Shown here: piece by piece, positions 29,501-37,692 of the stretch
How positions within the stretch are numbered: the first letter of the stretch is position 1
How the letters are laid out: every line of letters starts with the position of its first letter
NCBI GenBank assembly: GCA_964556395.1
Contig: CAZKVR010000001.1
Location: 178,411 to 242,410, forward strand
Source: an uncultured Methanosarcinales archaeon
Lineage (GTDB): Archaea; Nanobdellota; Nanobdellia; Woesearchaeales; WJKR01
Length of the DNA: 64,000 nt
Direction of reading: 5' to 3'
The notes under the pieces: model-generated
Told to the model about the DNA's origin: nothing
What the model saw: the letters and a program-made list of their open reading frames with translations, nothing else
Database searches by the model: none
Program-made: the position numbers and the translations under genes

Positions 29501-29785
29501 GTCTTGCCATGGATCGCCTTCGTGGTCTGAGGACAACCCCCCTCTGGCTGCCGCGTGCCGGATGGCGTCCGCGCTGACGTCTTCCAGGCAGTTCTCGACG
29601 TAGTAGTTGATGCTGTTCGTCTGGATGACGTCCGTCAGTATCCGTTCGGCTTCCTGCTGGGCCCGGTCGGTGGTGAGGAGGCTGCGCGCGTAGAGTGCGA
29701 ATGCGAAGACCGCTACGAGCACTAGTCCTAGGACGACGAATATCGTCGCTTGGCCTTTGAGCCGGCGCCACCTCTTCTTTGGCAT
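26528..29785 (-). CDS. Large pilin-like adhesin (class III signal peptide, PKD-like middle, Cys-rich C-terminus)
   Basis: RRLKG|QATIFVVLGLVLVAVF; YVENCL motif; LNGSEST...W.W PKD-like segment; Cys-rich tail. Confidence 0.82.
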   Translation of the reverse strand: MPKKRWRRLKGQATIFVVLGLVLVAVFAFALYARSLLTTDRAQQEAERILTDVIQTNSINYYVENCLEDVSADAIRHAAARGGLSSDHEGDPWQDHFLYNDTGQVYEVAYAIKPNDRCDEVSLDPPPYPRPRTELEDLYGIYEGSSCKSDRLSGFLGKAALPKLCYLKGANAFRETPGHSALACKTNAYTLRDDNIQNDLQRNITEGLKTCADFSLYEDILGHNITVHEDEANTTVIYGQDKVHVTATYPFTVRVSDGQTVVAMREFSYTSPYRLKQVYEYLINLVKNDNKRYDFNLTESYDDVDGYDPSFDVTVIQDPCADHEDCPENGPLYDDVIRLEDRREDARVDNRTLVFHAAIRNRRPALDYIHETGNSDYDLQAREDDTLWLTPEGYDPDDRGVSYHYKGWKETWDAQYNFECAASCTTTECLRTECVDVDESVEPHNWTESQPYIDTKQDAKINLTRNDTGLHNVTITVRDDTGLEDFQVVRILVYDLPVARPNGTNMIPGISDEYASLEDPYLLNGSESTASQVMNEPLTTWIWTGGHDGERTFTIKDNDHLYLLPGTGTFYHLQDGDLGSDDITQHPFNTTHNSLIEGLDYTVNLTVGSSNFFSDPSSFTLDVRQCLPVRNDTHPHPYPYNDTDSTSYEHACCLGDTDPEGEPDSNEWGEIALESTACFTHSETGILDDLWDVHKGLESLYNNPEIQFPNNIDDDTTYLRYSSSQIEALQNLERNFHDASEAQKEYQNDPFNLTFTRHCDGKRGNTCTGDAEEEYRQLQECDDYEEEGQDERCSGAEGQTCKYYSYSDGYPRTFEQEHKLPDIDGNTADGICNDHEQCADPMETNGYSYDNDPSDGVHLCRGGCAEEQGCVAPVECQCDIDTCGAECEPGDSTYNHPSSFSPQDLGQASCDHSCNNDDCEYKVTDEPCPPYCIHTDQNPDSYEDCAYTRTDFTEDAYCHYHQGVIDSGDFSAVCTQHGCRLPKTEELRADFCDTCTLQQGRVEGAECPAPGSMGTTNQNLNTCYYTADGDDFNQRCTSSGVCRLYTDDVEDDHEDCLDTGQTGVTCTPTGVECCDEEDDDCFEPR

Positions 29786-29808
29786 GGTTCTTGCTTGGGA
29801 GACGCTTG

Positions 29809-29816
29809 TTTTTAAG
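29809..29816 (-). promoter_or_regulatory. TATA-like box upstream of 29785
   Basis: CTTAAAAA 24-31 nt upstream of the ATG. Confidence 0.5.
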
Positions 29817-29879
29817 GGTTATCCTTTGTCCTTGTTTGAAGCACGCCCTGTCCTTGCCGTGGCCGTAGCGTCTGGATGC

Positions 29880-29923
29880 CTCTTGCAAGTATTTTTCTTA
29901 TAGTTCGGAAAGGTTGTTTATAG
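29880..29923 (-). repeat. 44-bp dispersed intergenic repeat, copy 2
   Basis: Minus strand CTATAAACAACCTTTCCGAACTATAAGAAAAATACTTGCAAGAG; 36/44 identity to 12344-12387. Confidence 0.8.
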
Positions 29924-29970
29924 AACGCGAAGGCTTGCGTAACTCTTGGTAGATATTCGACAACTCATTG

Positions 29971-30837
29971 TTATCGGAAGACCACGCTGGCGTAGCTCAC
30001 CGAGTTGCGCTCGTCGCCCGTGACGACGGCTGACGTGTAGTATTGTTCGAGGTGCGCTCTGGAGAACTTGACCGTCTTGAGCAGTAGTGCGATGGCGTCG
30101 GAGCCGCAGATGGTGGCGAGGTGTTCTTCCACGTAGGCTTGGAGTCCTTCCGCGTCTCCTTGCTTGATGAGGTCCAACGCGCCCTTGTCGAGCCTGGCGA
30201 TGTTCTCTTGGATGTTGCTGCTGAACGGGACGTAGCGGTAGTTCCGTCCGTAGTGGGTGAAGTCGGTGCTGACGATGAACACGGCTTTCTTGCCCGTGTC
30301 GACCAACACCTCCTTAAGGTCGATGCTGAACTGCTGTAGGTCGAGGTCGTGGCTGACCAGGACCGGCAATATCTTTATCTGTTCCTTCACGTCGGACTGC
30401 ACGAATTGGAGGAACGGCAACTGCACCTCGATGGCGTGCTCCTCCTCGTGGAGCCCGTCGTCCTCTCGTATGGTGCCTTTCTCGAGGAGCCGTCGGGCGA
30501 GGTCCTGGTCGGTTCGGACCATGCCGAGGGGTGTCTCGAACGTCTGCTGGGTGAGTCCTGAGCGCAACGCCTTGTGGCTCGGCGCGAGGATGACGTACAC
30601 GTCAGCCTTGGGGGCGTCGCCGACCGCCTTGTACGCCCACGCCGCGCACTCTCCGGAGTAGTCGTAGCCCGCGTGGGGTGCGATGACCGCTTTCGGCGGC
30701 TCCGACTGCTTCTGCTTCTGGAGCGCTGGCGGGACGGCGCCCGGGCCGCGCTCCCCCTCGAAGCATCCTTGGACTTGTCGTTGGAGGCTGACCTCTCCTT
30801 TCTGGTAGAACATTCCCGCGACGGCTGGCTTGCGCAT
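29971..30837 (-). CDS. amrB: AmmeMemoRadiSam system protein B (MEMO1 family)
   Basis: RKPAVAGMFY, APHAGYDYSG, EHAIEVQLPFLQ, STDFTHYG, TICG, SVSYAS motifs. Confidence 0.93.
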   Translation of the reverse strand: MRKPAVAGMFYQKGEVSLQRQVQGCFEGERGPGAVPPALQKQKQSEPPKAVIAPHAGYDYSGECAAWAYKAVGDAPKADVYVILAPSHKALRSGLTQQTFETPLGMVRTDQDLARRLLEKGTIREDDGLHEEEHAIEVQLPFLQFVQSDVKEQIKILPVLVSHDLDLQQFSIDLKEVLVDTGKKAVFIVSTDFTHYGRNYRYVPFSSNIQENIARLDKGALDLIKQGDAEGLQAYVEEHLATICGSDAIALLLKTVKFSRAHLEQYYTSAVVTGDERNSVSYASVVFR

Positions 30838-30926
30838 AGGAAAACCATAGGGAAGACGCGTTTTAAAGTTCTTCGCTTCGCAAAGGGCTTGTAGAAAATG
30901 CTGGTCTGACCAGTGGCCTGCACAGG

Positions 30927-30991
30927 AGGGTTCTTATAAGCATTCTTCTTATAGGTTCGGAATCGTCTCTTGCCCTCTTATCAAGAACCCT
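30927..30991. repeat. Inverted repeat/hairpin containing a partial third copy (30938-30962) of the dispersed repeat
   Basis: AGGGTTCTTATAAG (30927-30940) pairs with CTTATCAAGAACCCT (30977-30991) with one bulge. AAGCATTCTTCTTATAGGTTCGGAA matches 29887-29910 at 22/25. Confidence 0.6.
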
Positions 30992-30997
30992 GCTCTT

Positions 30998-33900
30998 TCA
31001 CTGAGAATCCCCGACCGGCACGAGGCAGTGGAGGTGACGTTCGTCATCGCAGCTATCAACGCTACTGAAGAGCCAACTGCCATCCACAGAGTAAGAGGAC
31101 GAGCCGTACACGCCGTAGACATCTCGCGACGAGGAGGTCCACTCGTCGCAGTGGTTTCCTGAACTATGGGTTGAGCCGTCGCTACTAGACCCGGTCCAGA
31201 ACTCGGCGGTGCTCATCAGATCACCGTACTCGTCGTAAAAGAACGATCTGCCGCCGCTGCCGACTGAAAAGCCTTGTTTGCGGAAAAGGTCTGTGACATA
31301 CGTGTCGCTACCGAAGGGGTCGTTCTTCGAGCAAGGCACGTCGACGTTGGAGCACACATGGACTTCGTCTTCGAAACGGGAGTCCGCGCCGAGCGTGCCG
31401 TCTGAGATGACTGCCTGCGCGGCTCGTGTGATGACATCGTCGCCCATCGACCCTTGCCGGGCGGCTGCGCGGCACTTCTCGTCAGCTCCCATGACGCCGC
31501 CGAGGTCTCCGGTATAGGGGTCGCTCGTGACGTAGAGCCGGTAGCTGTCGATGCCGCAGGACGCGTCGCTGAGTTCTCCGTCGATGCAGAGCTTCTCAAT
31601 TGCTTGCGCATTCGTACAGTATTCCTTACCCTCATATTCATCGGCGATGGCGACTATCTCGTAAGGCTGGTCGTACGTGTCGTCGCACTCCTCGTCAAGG
31701 TCTATCCGGCCGTTGTGAAGCCAGCACGAGGAGTCCGAGGCGAAGTTGCCGGGATCGCCCTCGCCGTCGAGGCGTATGTTACTGGTGAGGTATCGCCAGT
31801 CAACCCCTGCGGCGTCGTCATCCTTGAAACTGAGGAAGACCGTCTGGTTGGGGCCGGAACTGCAACGCTTCGCGTCGCTCGGGGTGAATCCTGAAGCCCT
31901 GTACCCTTCGACGAGCGGTTCCACGCTCCCGCTGAGGTTTTCGTAGTCGACGCGTACGAACCAATCCTCTTTGTTCTCGTCGTGTTCCATGATGCCGCGT
32001 ACCCGTTTGGAACCGTTCTCGGACAGGTAGAGGTAGGTGTAATCGCCTTGGATTGATTGGAAGGGGAGGGTGGTGGGTTCGGCGTCGCTTGTGCCTTCGC
32101 CTTCTCCGAGGAACATGTCGATGAAGAATCCTTTGACCGACTCCCAGAGCGAGGCCAGGAATCCTTGTGTGGGTGGCTCGTCGATGCTGAGGAGTAGTAG
32201 TTCGAGCGGCTTGTTGTAGGAGGCGTGGAGCTCGTCTGAACCCATGCACTCCACGAAGAAGTCGTCGGAGGATCCTTGTAGTATGATGTCGTCCGGCATG
32301 GTGTTGCCTTCGCCGTCTAGCGCGCAGTCAGGAGGGTCGTCGCTGCCGTTGAGCGGGTAGTACGTCCGGTAGAGCGATGCTATGAACTCGTTGACGTCGG
32401 TCGCCTGGTGGAGGGGTAGTGCGAGGTAGACTCGCTGGCCGTCGTCAGTCTCGTTGCGCAGCACGCAGGCGTGGGTGGCGTTGTCGCCCGGTGTTCCTAG
32501 CGGCGTCCCGAGAGCCGCGAGGCTCGTGCTGTTGAGAGGTTGCGCTTCGAGGTCGTAGTAGTCGCAGTGGAGGGTGTAGTCGTCGCCGGCCATGCCGTAC
32601 AGCTTTGAGGCGAGGGCTTTGACGCGGGCGACGTCGCCCAGCGGCTTCCACTGGTCTGAGGGGTCGCAGTACCAGTGTCCGAGGATGCTGAAGTGGTCTA
32701 CCTCTTCGACCACGAGGTCTTGGGCACTACCGCTGCCTCCTACCTGGCTGATGGTGTAGGTGCCGTCATCATTCTCATCGATACCGTACGCACTCATATC
32801 ATCTTCATAAGGGGCTTCGAAGGATCCTTCGCCGCAACTCCACATCTTCCCCTCGCCACCCGCCTTCTTGTAGAGGAGGTGTGACCAGTAGCCGGGGTTG
32901 TTGCCGTACGCCCGGCTGACCGGGGTGTCATCCTTGACGCGGACGCCCCCCCAGCAAGCCGCTTCGGTGTCGAGGAAGTACTCTCCTCGTGTGAAGTCTG
33001 TCTCGTCAGGATTGACGTCGGCCTCGTCCTCGTAGGTGCGGCCGCAGCACGAAGTCCCGGTCCAGCCCGCGCTGAGCTGGGCGTTGCACGCGAAGCGCTC
33101 GGCATGGGTTTCTTCAAGGTTTGATCCTTCTTCGACTATCAGGTCTTCCAGCCACTCGTTCGCCGGCCCGGCGCAGTACATGGGGTCTTCGCCGCCTGGT
33201 TTGAGGACGACGTTGTCGACGACGACCCTGGTCTCGTCGCCTTCGCGGAGCGGCGTGACGTTCTTGACGTAGAGGTATAGCTCTTCGGCGTCAGGCAGGT
33301 CTTCTTCGAATGTTATCTCGACGTGGTGCCAGTGGTTCGGGATGAGCCTGTCGAGGACGAGGTGGTCTTCGAGCTCGAAGGAAGAATCCGCATCATCACC
33401 ATTTCCTCGTAGGATGAGGTTCCTTGGCTTGTGAGGGCCTTGGTATCGGAGGTCGAAGGCGAGGACGTCGTCTTCTTTCCAGGTCCCTTTCATGAGATCG
33501 GGAACCGCTCCGAGACGGACATCGGATTCATGTTCCTCATCACTTATGGTGATACTCCTCATATAATCCGTGAGGTTCCCATACCCTCCGAAGGAAGCCT
33601 GGTCGAAGCTGAGCACGGTGTGCAGTTGGGTGCCGGTGCCGAAGACGCGCCCGTTGTCGGGGCCGAGGGCTCGGGACAGGGAGCTCCACGTGTCGATGTT
33701 GTAGCACTGGCTCTCGTGGCAGCACTCGGCGTACATCGGCCGGCCGTCGAGTCCTTCGTAGCACGTGATGGCGGGTGTTTCTCCCTCGGACTCGTCTTCC
33801 GAGGTGGCATAGCCCCAACGCCCGACGCAACAATCGCCGTCGGCGCTGTCTACGATATCCCCATGGCAGACGAAGTCTTCTGAACCTTCAGGTATGACGA

Positions 33901-36900
33901 CTGAGTCGCCGGCTCCTCCGAGCTCGGAACAAGTTTGATCACCAGGGCTTTCCTCGCAGTACCCTCCGAAGCAGCACTTACCGTCTCTAGCATCGACGAG
34001 GAATCCTAGGTTTGGGTCGAGAGAGACGCACACCTCATCGCATGGCTCGGAGGGCTGGTTGAAAGAGGCTCCGAACTCAGCGCACGATAAACCGGTCTGA
34101 CGCGGGTAGGAGTGGCCGAACCCTTCGTCCTTGAGGATGTCATCAGACGCTGGCGGATTACCATTGTCTTCATCCTCTGTTTCAAAGTCCCGCAGGGGCC
34201 TGCACTCGAAGCCGTCGCAACTGACACTCACGGAGGGTTCGAAGAATTCCTCGAAGTCATGGGTGGTTTCTGCGTTTGGGTGGTAGCAGCACCCCATGAA
34301 TTCTTCAGCCAGAGCCGACACATCCTCTTCAGTGAGCTCATTTTCGAATTTTTCGACATAATGTTCTAGTTCACCCTGCAACTCATCTTCATCAAGTTCT
34401 GCGAGCGGTTCACAAAAATTGTTCTCGTTCGTCAGGACGTAGTTGCTCCAACCCTCGATTTGAGAGAGCGAGAATGAAGGCAATGATTCGTCGACGTCAT
34501 CAGCCTTCCGCAACGGGCACAAAGAATCGAAAGCGATATCGGTATCGGTAGGAGGTAAGACTTCGTACTCATCAGACTCGATTGCGTTGCCCTCGTAGCC
34601 ATTATCAGCGTCGCAGGCGAACCATGATTCAGCGTTGGAGACGAAGTCCCGCTCCAAGCCGGCGTGGATCCTGAAAGGATGCCTTAGGCCTTCTGCAGAC
34701 CACCACTTCCAGGCACCGTCGTCGGCGTAGGTGATGCCGTTGTTGGCTCCTGACTTATCGCTGTAATCCTGGTTGCAGAAGTATTGCTGGTCTGATGAGA
34801 CGTAGGCATGGTCTGAACTGGTGGTCTCGACCGGCGCACTTTGCTTGAGGGTGCAGGCAGGATTCTCCTGACAGTCTTCTGAACCGATATCATCGCAGAT
34901 GTCAGGCCGTATCTTGCGGTTCTCGGATTCTCCTTGAAAGATTCCTTGGTCGTTGTCAGCAACACATGCAGACACGACGCGGCATAAACCACCGCAATCC
35001 TCAGTGCTGTAATAACTGCATATCCAATTAGATATTGGTTCGATACCCTTACACGTTTCAGATACAGAACAGCCTTCCACAGAACTGCACTCTTCCATAT
35101 CAAGATCGGCGCACTCCTCGACCGAGAGGTTTCGGATACAGTTCTCTTCCAGGATATTGATATAGGGATGTTCACATTGGTTGTAGTCATCCAGGGATGG
35201 TTCTGAACAGGTTAATGATACGGAACAGGATTCATGATTGATGGCTTCTTGGGGGTCGACGTCGTCACAGCTCGTTTGTTCATCGCATTCCCAGGAGCAA
35301 GGGTTAGAGTTGGTATGGGGGTTCCCTGAAACATCCTCGCAGATATATGGGTCATCAAAGCCATCACAAACAAAAGTTCCTTGCACCGTCTGACAACTAT
35401 AATCTGAGCAGAAGGAACCTTCAGCTGTGACCTCCGCTTCGCAACCCATAGCTTGACAAGCGGTGTCAAGCTCGTAAGAGTAAATGTCGCTGGAGTAATC
35501 GTCACAGGAGGCGTCCTCCATAGGCTTTCTGCAGACCGCGTAGCCTCCCCAGACAGAGCATTCGTCGAATGATTCCGGATCGTCACGAGTACTGCAAGAC
35601 GTCGAGTCTTGGCATTCCCAAGAACAAGCGTAATCACCGGAGTTATCTTCCACAGTCTTACAATCTTCTTCATTATTATAATCAGCACAACTACAGGTAT
35701 TAGGACCGCAATCGAATTCGCCGCCTTGACATTTATATTCCAGACAAGCATCCCCTTCTATATTTGGAGGAATATACTCGCAACCATTATCTTCGCAGGA
35801 GTCTTCATCCCCTAGCCAGTCATCAATGTCGCCGGAGTACTGGTTGCAGTCGTCACCACCCTCAGATCCATCGCTGTAGGGGTGTCCACATATGAATGCG
35901 TCGTCTCCGCAGCAGCCGTCAGAGCCATCATTCAAGCTATTGATGTCATGAGAGGTTATACTTTCTGAGCCTTCCAAGAAGAAAGGCGTGCTGTGAGATT
36001 GCCGGATATTATCCTCACAGTAACTTTCGGCATTGTTTTCTTTCCATCGTCCATCAGCACAGACTAAATCATTGTGTATGTGACTGTCATCCTCGTCGTC
36101 ACCGCAGCAATGATATCGTTCCGGGATATCGTCATAGTCGTCCGTGTGGGTGCCTATCCAGGAGTCGTCTCCGTACGCGGCTTTGCAGAATTCTCCGACT
36201 TCGTCGAAATCGCGGAATTGCTCGAGCTTTGAGGCCAGATCTCCTGTTCCTATAGCGTTGTGGGAGATGACAAATTCGTCCGAGGTGAACTCTTCCCCAT
36301 CATTCAAATCCTGCAAGGAGTGGTCATCAAACTGGATGTCCATGTTGACGTTTTCTCCTTTTTTCTTATCATTTTCCTCGTCGTCAAGATCCAAGCCGAC
36401 GGCTATATAGTAGACTCCAGGGTCAAGTGACATTTCCTTCGACTCATAGGTGTAACTACCGCCGCAGTTTCCAGGATCGTGGTTATAGAAGTATCTTGAT
36501 GAGTTGAGGTCGTCATTGTTTGGAGGAACACTCGAGTCTGAGAAGGTGAGGGGATGGATGTAGATGTGGGCTGTAGATTTTATATTGTGAGAATTGTGAC
36601 AATATGTGTCCAGACCTAGTTTGACGGTTTCGATTGGCTCGAATACGTAAAGATATCCTTGGTGGGCTGTACTGGCTGTCGTCCAAATTCTGGTACTGAG
36701 GCGTAATTCCTCACTCGCATCGAAGCACTCGTCTTGGCGGTCGCTGCTAGCATAGTGCTTGTTCCGGAACGCGTTCCAGAAATCCTCGACATTATCAACA
36801 CCAGCATCATTCTTATGGAAATAATTCTCTTGTACAGAACCATCGCCCTCGCCGGTATTTCCTTCAGTGACCACTTTGAAAGTGTAGGGTTGCTCAGAGC

Positions 36901-37012
36901 ATGAGACCAATGGATGGAGTTCCGCATTCCCTAACTCGGCAGCCATGACGAGCGATAGCGTAAGGAGTAGGACGAGTAGCAATCTTTGAGAGGTATGCTT
37001 TTCGCTCACCAC
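30998..37012 (-). CDS. Giant (~2000 aa) secreted Cys-rich acidic surface protein with C-terminal DUF1554 (endostatin/C-type lectin-like) domain
   Basis: Signal peptide LLLVLLLTLSLVMA; CCGDD motifs and many Cys repeats. C-terminus LYVTS..YTGDLGG..GADEKC...FWTGS...C..WTS...C....HLHC. Confidence 0.8.
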   Translation of the reverse strand: MVSEKHTSQRLLLVLLLTLSLVMAAELGNAELHPLVSCSEQPYTFKVVTEGNTGEGDGSVQENYFHKNDAGVDNVEDFWNAFRNKHYASSDRQDECFDASEELRLSTRIWTTASTAHQGYLYVFEPIETVKLGLDTYCHNSHNIKSTAHIYIHPLTFSDSSVPPNNDDLNSSRYFYNHDPGNCGGSYTYESKEMSLDPGVYYIAVGLDLDDEENDKKKGENVNMDIQFDDHSLQDLNDGEEFTSDEFVISHNAIGTGDLASKLEQFRDFDEVGEFCKAAYGDDSWIGTHTDDYDDIPERYHCCGDDEDDSHIHNDLVCADGRWKENNAESYCEDNIRQSHSTPFFLEGSESITSHDINSLNDGSDGCCGDDAFICGHPYSDGSEGGDDCNQYSGDIDDWLGDEDSCEDNGCEYIPPNIEGDACLEYKCQGGEFDCGPNTCSCADYNNEEDCKTVEDNSGDYACSWECQDSTSCSTRDDPESFDECSVWGGYAVCRKPMEDASCDDYSSDIYSYELDTACQAMGCEAEVTAEGSFCSDYSCQTVQGTFVCDGFDDPYICEDVSGNPHTNSNPCSWECDEQTSCDDVDPQEAINHESCSVSLTCSEPSLDDYNQCEHPYINILEENCIRNLSVEECADLDMEECSSVEGCSVSETCKGIEPISNWICSYYSTEDCGGLCRVVSACVADNDQGIFQGESENRKIRPDICDDIGSEDCQENPACTLKQSAPVETTSSDHAYVSSDQQYFCNQDYSDKSGANNGITYADDGAWKWWSAEGLRHPFRIHAGLERDFVSNAESWFACDADNGYEGNAIESDEYEVLPPTDTDIAFDSLCPLRKADDVDESLPSFSLSQIEGWSNYVLTNENNFCEPLAELDEDELQGELEHYVEKFENELTEEDVSALAEEFMGCCYHPNAETTHDFEEFFEPSVSVSCDGFECRPLRDFETEDEDNGNPPASDDILKDEGFGHSYPRQTGLSCAEFGASFNQPSEPCDEVCVSLDPNLGFLVDARDGKCCFGGYCEESPGDQTCSELGGAGDSVVIPEGSEDFVCHGDIVDSADGDCCVGRWGYATSEDESEGETPAITCYEGLDGRPMYAECCHESQCYNIDTWSSLSRALGPDNGRVFGTGTQLHTVLSFDQASFGGYGNLTDYMRSITISDEEHESDVRLGAVPDLMKGTWKEDDVLAFDLRYQGPHKPRNLILRGNGDDADSSFELEDHLVLDRLIPNHWHHVEITFEEDLPDAEELYLYVKNVTPLREGDETRVVVDNVVLKPGGEDPMYCAGPANEWLEDLIVEEGSNLEETHAERFACNAQLSAGWTGTSCCGRTYEDEADVNPDETDFTRGEYFLDTEAACWGGVRVKDDTPVSRAYGNNPGYWSHLLYKKAGGEGKMWSCGEGSFEAPYEDDMSAYGIDENDDGTYTISQVGGSGSAQDLVVEEVDHFSILGHWYCDPSDQWKPLGDVARVKALASKLYGMAGDDYTLHCDYYDLEAQPLNSTSLAALGTPLGTPGDNATHACVLRNETDDGQRVYLALPLHQATDVNEFIASLYRTYYPLNGSDDPPDCALDGEGNTMPDDIILQGSSDDFFVECMGSDELHASYNKPLELLLLSIDEPPTQGFLASLWESVKGFFIDMFLGEGEGTSDAEPTTLPFQSIQGDYTYLYLSENGSKRVRGIMEHDENKEDWFVRVDYENLSGSVEPLVEGYRASGFTPSDAKRCSSGPNQTVFLSFKDDDAAGVDWRYLTSNIRLDGEGDPGNFASDSSCWLHNGRIDLDEECDDTYDQPYEIVAIADEYEGKEYCTNAQAIEKLCIDGELSDASCGIDSYRLYVTSDPYTGDLGGVMGADEKCRAAARQGSMGDDVITRAAQAVISDGTLGADSRFEDEVHVCSNVDVPCSKNDPFGSDTYVTDLFRKQGFSVGSGGRSFFYDEYGDLMSTAEFWTGSSSDGSTHSSGNHCDEWTSSSRDVYGVYGSSSYSVDGSWLFSSVDSCDDERHLHCLVPVGDSQ

Positions 37013-37103
37013 GTAGCATCACACCAGTATGACACGCACAGTACCGTCCAGGGCACTCACAAGCTTCTCCTCCCAGCTATCATATTTAAACCTTTCGAGA
37101 ACC

Positions 37104-37658
37104 TTACAGGTTCTCTCTGAAGAATTCCCTTTCTTTCGGCGGCCGCACGCCAGTCCATGTTTGCGCGTGGCTGTACGCTCTCGTCTTGCAGCCATACTTG
37201 TCCAGTATCGTCTTGTTCTGCCGCATCCGTCCGAGCATTTTGGCGCGTTCCTTCCCGTCGAGGACGAGCGACAGGTCTAACGCGTACGTCTTCTCCTTCT
37301 CCTTGACGAGCTTGGCCGCGACCTGGTTGAGCCCTGAGCCGCGCCGGTGGGTCTTGTCCTTCTTCTCGAGGAGCTCTGCGTGGTAGATGATGTCGACGGC
37401 TTTGGATTCGAGGCAGTCCCTCGTCGCCGGCGCGATGATGACATCATACTTCTGCTCGTAGCGTTGCGCTTCCCGCCCGTCCTTCACGACGAGCCCTGAC
37501 TTCACGGTCAAGCCTTCGACCGCGAGGTGTGACAGGACTTCCTTGTTGCCGTTCTCGTGCTTGGCGAACGCCACCACCACCTCTGTTTCGCCGAGCTTCC
37601 GCTGGAAGCCGAGCGTTGCCAGCGTCGTCTTGGGGTCGGTGTAGAGGATGACGTCCAT
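37104..37658 (-). CDS. rnp3: Ribonuclease P protein component 3 (Rpp30), short form
   Basis: Start re-called at ATG 37658, with TATA at 37683-37690. KDKTHRRGSGLNQVAAKL...LGRMRQN...SHA...R matches the Rpp30 C-terminal pattern. Confidence 0.7.
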   Translation of the reverse strand: MDVILYTDPKTTLATLGFQRKLGETEVVVAFAKHENGNKEVLSHLAVEGLTVKSGLVVKDGREAQRYEQKYDVIIAPATRDCLESKAVDIIYHAELLEKKDKTHRRGSGLNQVAAKLVKEKEKTYALDLSLVLDGKERAKMLGRMRQNKTILDKYGCKTRAYSHAQTWTGVRPPKEREFFRENL

Positions 37659-37692
37659 GAGAGCAAGAAAAAGAGACTGACTATTTAAATGT

